From contig CM052816.1 in assembly GCA_028534125.1 (NCBI GenBank), positions 9,488,001 to 9,552,000 on the forward strand: a stretch of 64,000 bases of DNA, read 5' to 3'. Under the pieces are notes generated by a model. It saw only the letters and a program-made list of their open reading frames with translations, searched no databases and had not been told where the DNA came from. The stretch is from Lama glama. Its lineage: Eukaryota. This document shows positions 52,620-64,000 of this stretch, in pieces. The first letter of the stretch is position 1, and each line of letters opens with the position of its first letter. Both the position numbers and the translations under genes were made by a program.

Positions 52620-53480
52620 AAGTAAAATTAGCTTTTATCCTTCTAGCCCTACCCTTGAGAAACAACAATTACTATTTATCTGGTGATCTTTTCTGTGCAC
52701 TTACAAACATTCATAAAAACATTAAAATTCGTAGTTTTTCTCCTTTTATTTTACTTAAACAAGGCCATTCTCTATGTACTTTCTGCACCTTGCTTTTTAT
52801 CCCTAACATGCGTTTTAGAGATCATCCCACCTTAGAACATATAGCTCTAACTCATTCTTTTTAACTGTTCCATAATCTTCTGTACTAAAAATACATATTA
52901 AAAATACATATTAAAATGTATTTAATTATTTCCCATTTGTGGGTATGTAGGTGTCTCCAATCTTTTGCTATTACATACTGCACTATTTTTAATACCCTGG
53001 AACACATTTCATTGTGCTTATGCCAGTGTTTCTTTCAAATAGCTACCCAAAGTGAAATTGCTCTGTTGACATGTATGTGCATTTAAAAATGTTATGTTTA
53101 CCGTAAAATTGACCTCCCAGAGCACCATAACGATTTGCATTCTCATCAGCAGGGTGTGAGAGTGTCTGCTACTTTTTCCCCTCACCAACACTGGATATTA
53201 TGCATCTTCTATTAATATGCTAATTTAAAATATGCTCTTTCATTTAATTTGCATTTTCCAGATGAATGATAGATTGAACCTCTTTTAAATTAGTTATTGA
53301 CTTCACCTTCATATGTTTGGTGCTTTATCTGACAACTTTGTTTTATTTTTCTGATTAATTTCTAGTTGTTCTTTATTTTATTCTGAATATTAATCCTTTG
53401 TTATATAATTTGCAAATACATGTCCCCATCTTCTGCTTGGTTTTGAACTTTAGTTAACTTTTTGCCTTATAGAAGTTTCA
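52620..53480 (-). mobile_element. Old L1 (L1ME-type) 3' fragment
   Basis: ccaatcttttgctattaca...tttgcattctcatcagcag...tttaatttgcatttt. Confidence 0.7.
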
Positions 53481-53509
53481 AACTTTGAGAACACTTTTCT
53501 TATTTGACC

Positions 53510-53980
53510 TCTTAAAATTGACCCACCTTCCTTCTTGAAATATTTCCCACATTAATTTTCCTAGACACCATACTTGTCCGGTTTTCCTCCTAATTCACTA
53601 GAGCTCTTTCTTAGTATCCTTTACAGGTTCTTTCTCCTCTATCTGGCCTCTGAATGTTGGAGTTCTCTGGGACTTTGTCCCTGATACTCTTGTCAAATTA
53701 CATTTTCACTTTGTGTGTCTTAATCATCAGTAGCTTTAAAACAGTCATCATGGTATCAACTCTCTTTAATTAGTATCTCCAGGTCATAGCTGTCCTCTGA
53801 GCTCCAGACCACCAGATCTAATTTGCTTCTTTGACAACTCCATTTAGTGCCTCTTTGGAACGTCAAATTTAGTGCATCCAAAACAGAGTTCCATATTCTG
53901 CACCCCAACCACAAACTTCCTAAGTCTTCCCTATCTCCATAAGTAGAACCATCACCTATACTGTGTGCCTAAAACCAGAC
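53510..53980 (+). mobile_element. L2 LINE fragment
   Basis: ccttccttcttgaaa...ggttttcctccta...ctctgagctccagac. Confidence 0.7.
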
Positions 53981-55759
53981 ACTTTTTGTGGCTCCGAGGG
54001 AAAACTAACATTAGAAGGCAGACCTAAAGATTTTTAAAAAGGAAAACCAATTAGCTGATATTGAAAATATGGAGTTAAATCAAAGTAATGTAAAATTCAG
54101 CCATAGGGGCAAAACGTTAATCACAGAGCTCAATCTTGTCCAGCCCACTTAGAGTCAGGGTTAGGGTTACCACTTCTCATGTTTATTTTGACTCTTTGGA
54201 TACATTTGGTAGGAAATTTATCAGTCTGTCAACTTTACCATCCTGCTCATTTTCTCTGTCTTATCTACAAACTGTGAAGATCAGTAACTTGTTCAAATCT
54301 AAGTCATTTTAAATTTCTTTTCTAAAAAGGAACTAAGGTTAAATCAGATGGGACTATTCTTAGTAATTTCATGTTGACTCCTATCCTTGGGTGTTCACTG
54401 ACTATTCAAAGAAATAATCAGTTTAATAGAAGCTCACCTTAGGATTGATATTAAACTCTTCCTTCTATAGAAAACACTGTTTTCACATTTTCTCACTTGG
54501 GTCATCTGTTCTTTTCTACTTCCTCTGAATGGCAATGGCCTGTTTACAGTACTATTTTTCATGGCATTTTGCTGCTTTAGAGTACAGAATTCCTCATTTA
54601 ATTCCTATAAGGCCAATTATTCCTTGGTAGAAATGATGACTTTCTCTTCTCTATGTACCAAATAGTCCCTCACGTAGTGTCTGCAAAATAGCGGCTAATC
54701 ACATGATCAGCACATTTTTGCTGGTGAAATATCTTCATGATTATCTTCAGGTTTATGAAGGATTCAAATGCTCAAAATGAAAATTATCTACTTTTTAAAA
54801 TAATCTTCCCTGAGACTCTAAAAAGTATAGTCTACAAACCAAGAGTCACATTGGGGAGAGCCAGATCATGGCAGCACACTGAGACTGTGGGATTTTTTTC
54901 TCTTACAATGTTCTTGAGAAAATGAAATTGTATTTTTCCACATTGAATTAAAAATGAGCCAGTCTTGCTTCAGTGGTTTAGAATAGTATATTTACAGTGC
55001 TTGGCCCTATCCTCATAGCCCTTTGACTTACAATTTTATTATTAAACAAGCAAATGGGTAGCCAATGAAATAAAATATGCTTTTGCAAGACATTTTTAGA
55101 GGACTTTGATCACTCAGATTGTAGGAGCTGATGTACATAGTGGCAGAGATGCCTGCAGTTGTGTTTGGTTGTTTTCTGTTGGATAGTTAGTTGTCTTTTG
55201 GGGGAATGTCCAGTCCACAATCGAAACAGAAGTGAAGGTACCATTTGATTGGTTGATGAAATAGTTTGTCCAGATATTACATTACATAGCCATTAAAAAA
55301 TAGTTTCCAAATATGAATCATTGTCATAAATTTTTCTTGGGGCAACTTTAACTTGTATGCACACATATATAAGAAAGAAGCATAATGTCAGCATGTGCAA
55401 TGGATTCTAACAGCTTCATCCTGTGTGTGAACTGATTCTCAGTGAATATGGAGCCAGCTTCTCTCTCCTTGTCACAGCCTGATTCTGTAAATGTGTTGTC
55501 CGCATCTGCCAATATCTCTTAATCTTACAGAAGTCACTTGCGCCACTCTAGGAAACTCACATCAAACATAACAGCAGAAAAGGGAAGAAATAATCTAATG
55601 AGAAAACATTGGCTACATTTCTACTCAAATCAGGAATAAGACAAGGATGCCTTGTCACCTCTACTGTTCAGCATTGTATGTACAAAATGCAAATGACAAA
55701 AAGAAGAAACATGAGGTATAAAAATTAGTGGGGAAAAAAAGAGCATTTAGGGCATTTAG

Positions 55760-55809
55760 GTTACCTAAGTGTCCATCAATAGATGAATGGATAAAGAACA
55801 TATGGTGTG

Positions 55810-55847
<38 letters not shown>

Positions 55848-56348
55848 ATAGAATATTACTCAGCCACAAAAAAATAATGAAATAAAGCTATTTGCAGCAG
55901 CATGGATGGACCCAGAGATTATCATACTAAGTGAAATAAGTCATACTAAGAAAGACAAATATCATACGATAATGCTTATGTGTGGAATCTAAAAAAAATG
56001 ATACAAAGGAACTTATTTACAAAACAGAAATAGATTCACAGGCATAGAAAATAAATTTATAGTTACCAAAGGGGAAAGGGTTGGGGGAGGGATAAATTAG
56101 GAGTTTGATATTAACATATGTACACTACTGTGTATAAAACAGATAACCAACCAGGACCTAATGAATAGCACAGGGAACTAGACTCAATATCTTGTAATAA
56201 CCTATAATGGAAAATAATCTGAAAAAGAATATATATATGTACACACACATATATATACACATACATTCTTATACGTGTTTTATATATATATCAACTATAC
56301 TTCAAATTTTAAAAAATGTTTTTAAAATGTTCAAAAATTAAAAAATAA
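55760..56348 (+). mobile_element. L1 3' end (sense) within older L1 sequence
   Basis: acctaagtgtccatcaatagatgaatggataaag...gagattatcatactaagtgaa...tagcacagggaacta. Confidence 0.9.
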
Positions 56349-56743
56349 ACTAGAGCAAACCTGTCACTATTTATAATGGATCTTGAAAATTTACTAAAAT
56401 TTACTAATGCCTTGAAAACTAAGACATTTCACAGAGATGTCCAGATATTAGATAAGACTTGATTTTCAGTGACTCCTACATACTAGAAATAACAAATTAG
56501 AAAAAACACTACTGCCCACAGAAGCAGTAACTAAAATTACTTTTTTTTAAAGTAAAAGAAAAGTATAAAACCTTTGTGAAAGAATCCTTTAAACTTTACT
56601 GAAGGAGAAGAATAGGAATATTGCTAAGAGTCCATGGTGGATAGCAGAAGAGATTCTGTGAAATCCATGTTTTTCTTTGAAGTTACAGAAATTCATTAGA
56701 AGTCCAGGTTTGCAATGTGCTGGAACTTGATGTATTAGGTTCT

Positions 56744-56871
56744 CTTTTTTCTTAGTTGACGTATAGTTGATTTACAATATAGTGTTAGTTTCAGCTGTAC
56801 AGCAAAGTGATTCAGTTACACGTGTGTGCGTGTGTGTGTGTATTCTTTTTCAGATTCTTTTCCATTATAGG
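56744..56871 (-). mobile_element. Very short L1 3' end with 17-bp TSD
   Basis: ttgatgtattaggttct (56727-43) / ttgatatattaggttct (56872-88). Confidence 0.85.
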
Positions 56872-58677
56872 TTGATATATTAGGTTCTGAGTTTGATTCA
56901 CAGTAATCATGGACTGAGCACCTAATGTGCCAGGCACTGTGTATGAGCTGGTAAATAAAAAGGTGAATTAGAGGTGATGTTCCCCTGAGCTCAGAGCCTG
57001 ATGAAAGAGGCACATAAACAACTAATCTCAGTACAATGGACATGGCAGGGGTCATGCACAAGGTTTAACAGGAGCTGGAGGGATTGCTGCATAGCCAACA
57101 GTTTTCCTGTCATCACTGATGATGGTCATTTAATCTCTGCTTGAACTTCTGCAGTGAGAGAAGCTGATTTACTGCTTACTCAATAAGCCTGCTCAATGGT
57201 TGGGAAGCTCCAGAGTCGAAAAGGTCTTTCTTACATTGAGTTGAAGTCTCAATCCCTATGACTTCTATCCACTGGCTCTAGTTCTGCCTGGAGCAAAAGA
57301 AAACTAGGTCATTTCTCTTTTGTTGAAATGACCCTTTCTGTACATTTTAGTTATGTGTCCCATCTAAGGCTTTTCTTTACAGTCTAAATATCCCAGTTTC
57401 TTCCTTTACTCTACCTGCAATGTCGCTGAAAGTTTGAGAACATGATTATGTCTCCTTATTTGAAGCCTTTAGTTTTACTTTTCTTGATCATTTTTCCTTC
57501 ACGGCATGGTGGTTCAGCAGACCACCTGTGTTAGAATCACTTGGAAGTTTAGTGAAAACACACTCTCCTAGATCCCATTCACTGAATCAGGGCTGGTTTA
57601 GGAAATGACGTTTTTGGCAAGATGATTCTAATGGATATTAAACTTTGAGAATCACAGTCTTGGACGTTCATGGATTGAAACAGTCCAGTGTGTGTTGTCA
57701 TTGATTGTGCTTTTGAGTTATTACACATTTTATAATTCTTAGGTCTTTTAGAGTCTCTTAAAAGGTAACAGTTTTATCTGATATTAACTAGTAAAATATG
57801 GGAGAACTTTCCTTTGGAAGCTTACCTCAGCTCAGTCATTCTTCAAGCCAAGTGATGATCCCTACTTGGGAGGCATAGTGTGAACACATAGACCGTGACC
57901 ACACGTAGTCACATGGGTGACAGGTGATAGGAGAAGGTCATATGGGCTTGATTTGGGGGTTCTTTGGGGCTCTGATTCTGGAGTTCTTTGTTCATTGGGG
58001 AAACGCCAAGGATTTTGCCAGTCTTGTTCATTGCTCTGTCCTCAGAGCCTAGTGAAGTGCCTGGAACATTGTGAGACTTGACAAGGGAATGAAGGAATTC
58101 TTCTGTTCCTTCTCTTCTGGCCCAACCTCTCTCCTGTTTAGCTGTCTCTATGCTGATTAGCCCAGATGATCCAAGGCAGGGTATGGACTTGGGGTGCTGA
58201 CGATCGTTTTAGAACACAGATTTTCTCTGCTTGAAATCTACTAAGGATACCAGTTTTGCCTTCCTGGGTAAATAATTCCCATCCTACCTATGTCACTACC
58301 TCACTGTGAAAGTCAAACAAGATAATGGATGTGAAATTACTTTGCTAACTGCAAAGCTCTGTCCTCACGGGAGAGATAATTATGTTATAAAAGCAGACTA
58401 TTTATAAGTTAGGTAACACAAGCAGAGATTGCCTGCAAAATTTAGCTTTGAAGATGGGTTTCTCTGCTCATGCCAGTCTATGATATCTTCCCTGCTTTTC
58501 CAAGTTTAAATCTTGCTCAAACCTAGGTCACTCACCTGATTCCTGAGAAGGCTGAGAAATTCTGCAAGCACTTTCCTAAGAACTTCTTACCTATCTGACT
58601 GGGCTCTTGGTTATCATCCTCTGTTATCCACCCACAATCCCCCTGATAAACAGGTTTTCCATTGACCTGGAGGTCTG

Positions 58678-58822
58678 TAGACCTGTGGTGTCCTATAGAG
58701 GGACCACTAGCCACATTCCCAGAGCTCAGTAGCTATATATTGTAAGTGGCTACTTGATTAGACAATGCAAATGTAGAATATTTTATTCATCATAAAAAGT
58801 TCTAATGGACAAAACAGCTCTA
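58678..58822. mobile_element. MER3-like hAT element (internally deleted)
   Basis: ccactagccacat...agtggctact...tagaatatttt...catcataaaaagttctaatggaca. Confidence 0.65.
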
Positions 58823-59737
58823 AAGCAATTTGAGTCCCTCTCTGGAAGAAGGCAATATGTATTTTCTATCAGACTTATTAACTCTTATTATCCACCAAAA
58901 CTCAATAACAAATAAACTGATTCTAGTGGATGGGCTATGTACGTCTTTGGCATTTCCATGCACAAGATTACTATATTCATATTTATAGATGGACTTAATA
59001 AAGGAGAAATTTATGAGGGTAGACAAAAAGTGAAAGTGAGAAACAGGCAAAGAGAATGAGGTTTTCCAAAAAAAAAAAAAAAACAGTAGAAGCAAAAAAT
59101 TTCCTTTCAGTTCATTATTGCCTCTTGTTTTAATCAGAACTTATAACTGTATTTATTTTTTGTTTACTTCTCTGTTGTCTGTCTCCCATGTCAGACTGTC
59201 AGTCCCTGAGAGCAGATAACAATCGTTCTATCCTCATGAATTTCCCCAGGGTGTAGTATTTTGCTCAGTAAATGTTATTTGTTGAATGAATGAATGGATG
59301 CCCTTAGCAGACCCTACCCAGACCCTGTCGTTCCTGTGGACTGTATTTACTCAAATAAATGTTCATCACTTTAAAAAAAAATTGTCAGTTCCATAACTGG
59401 AATAGTTAGTTGTTTTTCCACTGTGAAGCCACTTGCCAACTTTTAATTTCAACCCACCAGAATTCGCCGTTTAAATAAAGGTTTTCACACAGTGGATTGG
59501 AAGATTAACCATGAATGAGAAAATAATTTAGGTTTGATTTACTTTGGATCCTCAAAGTTTTCTGCTAATGTTGTAAAGTTGTTTGACATTTAAAAGCCAT
59601 TTTTTGGCCTTTACCTTGAACTTTGGAGGCTGCAATTGGATTCATCATTTACCTCATTGTTTTGAGCCAAAGTAGTCTTAATCTGGGTGAATCAAAGATG
59701 GATGGTGGTGACCTTGCCTTCTCTTCCCCAGCCTCCT

Positions 59738-60878
59738 CTGGGGCTGACTACATAATTTGCAGCCCCGACACATAATGAAAAAGTGGGGCCCCTGGTTCAA
59801 AGGCCAGGAACAATTTTCCTTAAAAGATATTAAAATGTAAATCCTTTTTCGTTCATCTGTAGTCTTTCAACTTGTCATATGTATTCTGTTTGCAATTTAC
59901 CTTTTCTCTACTGGAAAAACAAAATACAATTTTAAATTACTAGCAGAAAATTTACCATTCGTCTTTATATTGTGCAATGACAGTTTTAAATGCAAAAATA
60001 AGAGCATTTAACTTGTATGTGGAATCACTAAAATTACACAAATTATACAAATCCTATTTTGTAGTTCAGATGTGCTTATGTATTTTATTTTCACCAGACA
60101 GTGCACAAAACTAATGCAACTGTTTTTATTTCACTTCTTGATACACACATATTCTAACACTCTCCCTTTGGTTTACTGAGGAGTAAAGAAGGATGGAAGG
60201 AAAAAGAACCATGATTTGGTCTACCTTATCCTTTCTTTCTGTGTCAGTATTTTCAATGTAAGTGCTTGGCTAATACAGGGAAGGACACAAGTGAGAAAAG
60301 ACATGATAGGATATCTTGACAGTTCCTTTTATTTTAAGAAATTACTGCCTTCTTTCTGCATCTGGCAAGTTCTAGTTCAGATGGAAAACATGGACTCTTA
60401 GGGCCATCAGCAATCCCTCTTGCTCAGCCATAGACGTGTAGATAGGAGCATGAATGTAGAATTGTAGTGGACCCATGATCTGTGGGAATCCAGCAAGAGT
60501 CAGCAAATACAGGGTAAGCATGTTACAGAAGCTGCTGACAGACGATAGAAGAAAGGAAAATGGTTCACATACACTATGTGTTTACATTGTATTTGCTTTG
60601 AGTCTTGTTAAACTCTACGATTTGAGATTCTGATGTTACCCCAGAATTCTGTGCTTCCAGAGCATCACTAATGCCATGGGCAGCAAAGAACTATGGTGAA
60701 CACACATACTGCACGCACTGCCTCTGCTTACATGCCTGCTCCATTGTCCCTCAGGCTTCACAAGTTCAAAGATGAAGTTATCAAGGATTTCGAGATGAGA
60801 GCAAGCAGAACTTCACACCAAACTCTAGATTCCCTTGTGATGACTGCTCTGGTCACACAGTCATGAAGCTGTCCCCAG
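59738..60878 (-). mobile_element. hAT-Tip100 non-autonomous element (MER45B/R-like), both ends present
   Basis: Imperfect terminal inverted repeats ctggggctgactacata ... catgaagctgtccccag; MER45-type tacataatttgc and ggggcccc motifs. Confidence 0.7.
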
Positions 60879-61234
60879 TCCTGCCCTGATCCCAGCATTG
60901 AGCAGCTCTCACAAAATAGTGTTCTTGTTGAGATCACACCAGGAAAGCAGTGAGAATAACATCAGAAGAGCTCCACTTGCCTCATCAAATACTCAGGGTT
61001 AGAAAAGTTGGTGCTATTTGCAGAATGTACTCGCAGAAGTTTAGTAATCACGTGGCGTAGGCTGCCTTCTAGGATGCCCACTTCTGGGCCAAAGTACTGA
61101 AGCATAAACATTATCCCTTCCACGGAGACATGTTGTCAAGGAAAAGTTCCCACCTTTGGCTCAGAGGAAGGTGAACTTTGGTGTGTAACCAGAGGGTTAT
61201 TGCACCCAGTGCAGCCTACTGGCTGCAGGGGCTC

Positions 61235-61475
61235 CAGTCAGGCACACGTGGGTGTCCGTCTTGTCCAAGATCTGTCGTTTACCACCAATATAATCTTTAA
61301 CAATGACCAAACATCTCTAGGGCTCTGTTTCCTCACCTGTAAAGTGTGGATAGTATTAGAACCCATCTTCTAAGGCTTCTGTTAAGGTTAAACATGATAA
61401 CATGTGTGCAGAGCTGAGCCCAGTTCCTGTCACACAGAAAGTGCTTCATGAACAGAAGCTGCTGTGTTGTTATTA
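61235..61475 (+). mobile_element. MIR SINE
   Basis: ctctgtttcctcacctgtaaagtg. Confidence 0.7.
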
Positions 61476-62034
61476 TACTTGTAGATAGAACATTGTTCAT
61501 AAACAAATGACATCTCCAGTTATTTTCTCAGCTTCCTGATAAAGCATTTCTTAAGAAATGAGTCAACAGAAAGTTCTATGTTCTAAACACTGCTCCTTAA
61601 ACAAGGAATGTCCCTCTGCTAGAAGAAAAGCCAGAAATGAATGAAATTAAATTAACCACACTTTTTATAAATAATTGTTTCAGCAATATGAGACAGGATT
61701 TGTTTCCTGGGTACATCATGCCCTGTGCTGAACAGTTGGGTCTGTTATTTTGAATATGCCTTCTGGCTTTTAAATTACCTGCAGGCATTTTTCTGACCCT
61801 ACATAAAATGTTAACCGTGTTAAACAAGTTGGGCACATTCTGTGTGTATTTCTCTCCCCCTCTGCTCTGCGGGTGCTCTTGTTCTTAGAGTGTTCAGGGT
61901 CTGGGTACCAGCCCCCTGAGATTGGTTGGTCCCCACTGTGCATACCACCCTGCAGGACAAACCACAAACCATACCCAGCTCCAGAGGTGCTCAAGATGGT
62001 TTATCAGAGGTCAAGGATGGAGGCAGTGTGATGC

Positions 62035-62176
62035 CTTGACCCTGGCTACACACTGGAGTCATCTGGGAGATCCTGGGTTCCACGTGTAGAGATTCTATTT
62101 TAATTGGTCTAGTTGGGGACCAGAAATGCATATGTTTTAGGAGCTCTACTGTACAGCAGGATTGAGAACCACTGGT
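62035..62176. mobile_element. MER5-like element
   Basis: ccctggctacacactggagtcatctggga...gattgagaaccactg. Confidence 0.7.
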
Positions 62177-62323
62177 GCACTAGAAAGAGCAGGAAGCCTG
62201 TCTTCTAATCCCTTAGGGATCATTATCATTTTTCTCAGCACCAATAGAACAAGAAAGTTAAAGTTGATGATGCTTCAACTTTAGGCTAGCTCCATGTCTT
62301 AAACTACAGAGAGGGTGGATTTA

Positions 62324-62548
62324 CAGTGATAGGTCTCAACTGTGGACAGTTTTGTTTACCAGGGCATATTTGGCAATGTCTGGAGGCATTTTTGGTTTTC
62401 ACAGCTGGTGGATGCCACTGGCATCCAGTGGATAGAGGCCAGAGGTGCTACTAAACATCTTAGAATGCATGGGACTCCCATCCTCTCCCTCGCAAAGAAT
62501 TGTCTGGTTCCAAATTTCAAAACAGTGCAGAGATTGAGAAACTCTGCT
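62324..62548. mobile_element. MER20-like hAT element (opposite orientation to the 40.8-kb copy)
   Basis: catatttggcaatgtctggaggcatttttgg...ctggcatccagtggatagaggccagaggtgctactaaacat. Confidence 0.85.
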
Positions 62549-64000
62549 TTAAACTAATCCTCTGAGCTTTGCAACAAAGCACCTCCTTACCACTGCAGGA
62601 GAGGTCTTTGAACAATGCCAGGAGTTATATGTGCTTTTATCTGCCCACATCCGTTCAGCTCCTGCATCCTTTGGCTCCTCTTAATACACATCTACTCCCA
62701 AGACAAGACAGGGGGGTGGGAAAAAACCCACAGAAGGCAATTGTTGTTTCTGAGAGGAAGTGCCCTGAATGTCCGTGGTTCGAGTGCCGGCGGTAACCTT
62801 GCAGATAAGCCCTTTCCATGAGGCAGACTCTCTGAGCTTGTTCCCTTACAGCGTGTACTTGGCAGGGATGCAGCCATCCCAATTTAGTCAGAGCAGCTGT
62901 TCAGGAAGGAATTGCCTCCAAAGCACACTAGGAGACCCACCAGAAAACCATACCCCTGTGTAAATGTGTGCTTAGTCCACAGAGTAATGATGCCCAACCC
63001 TGACCCATAGAAGTAGTATAAGTTTCATCTTATTCTGGGTGTCAGCAAACTAGAGTGTCTCCAGGAGAGTATAAACATCATGACTTTCTTTGCAGAATTC
63101 ATGACATATGAAGAACATAAAGAATGGGGGATGCTGAGTTTAGGATCTGAAGAAAATTCAGATCATAAGCCTTGTTTTTAATATAACTGAGGACTGTTAT
63201 GGGAAAGAAGGATCCAGTTTATTCTGCAACGTCCTGAGAGAGGTGGGTACAAAGTATTGAAGCTTTAAGAATATTTATTTTAGCAGAAAATGGAACGGAC
63301 CCTTTTACTAAGATATTCCTAATAAAGTAGAAAGAGAAAATTGGATGATCACCAGTCACTTAGAAGTGTTGATTGACCATGGATCCCTGGAAGCATTGAC
63401 TGATTTTTAGTCAGCATGGCCAGGAAAGAGGTGGGAGGTTGAAGGAGACATTCTCAGGCACTTCCTTTGTGATTGTGTGAAATACAGAACCACAGAAGTC
63501 CTCCCACAGTCCAGTTAAATACAAAAGAGAAAACCCTACTTCAGCTGGTGTAGCATTTTGTTTGGTTGAAGATGGAGACCTTCTGGAAAGGTTACCAGTG
63601 GGAAGATGTACCAGAGGTGATATTGTCAATTGCAGGAGCCAACCTCTTTCCCTTTATGATTCTTCTAGTAATCTGTCCAGTGGGAAATTTAGACACACTT
63701 AAGGAAGAAATCCATTCCTAGGCTCTGTGAGTGCTCGGTGGTAAACAACTGATTTGATACATGAGATTATGTTTGAGAAAAATATTGTCATATCTATGCA
63801 TCAGGATAAGTTTATATTGTTTGAGGCTTTAATATGAAAAGAATTACTGTTTAAAGATTTGTAGGGAGAAGGAGACCTATCCTATGAAGAAATGTGCCTT
63901 CAATCTGTTTTTCATGTTCTTCCTTTCTGACGTGGGCACTGTTAGGACCAGGACTTCAGGCTCTGGAAGTAACAAGGCAGCACCCCAGCCTAGGGGAAGT

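Noticed and set aside
50377..64000. Alternative C-terminal exons (a: YTVLHRGH..., b: DAVECGGQ..., g/e/f: ...PVPV)
   Set aside because: None found in the ORF track or by eye; presumably downstream of the window. Short exons could have been missed

Overview
Mammalian genomic DNA, probably a cetartiodactyl and most likely a camelid, judged from the young L1 3' ends (inference). The window lies inside the serotonin receptor 4 gene (HTR4) on the + strand. Four constitutive coding exons have canonical AG/GT sites: 26152-26277 (126 nt), 27542-27742 (201 nt), 46137-46290 (154 nt) and 49808-50376 (569 nt). They splice in frame and encode about residues 9-359 (all 7 TMs, DRY, NPxxY). An intact 42-nt cassette exon resembling human 5-HT4(h) lies at 47246-47287. 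The first coding exon (MDKLDANVS) and the alternative C-terminal exons were not found and presumably lie outside the window. The rest is intron filled with L1, L2, MIR, MaLR LTRs and hAT/Tigger fossils, plus two assembly gaps. I see no wholly new biological system. The most interesting signals concern splicing: very long AG-free polypyrimidine tracts before three exons, two in-frame extra AG acceptors that would split the DRY motif, the h cassette exon, and an intronic stop plus poly(A) signal. There is also a candidate L1 3' transduction bounded by a 13-bp TSD. Repeat family names and most repeat boundaries were recognised by eye and are approximate.
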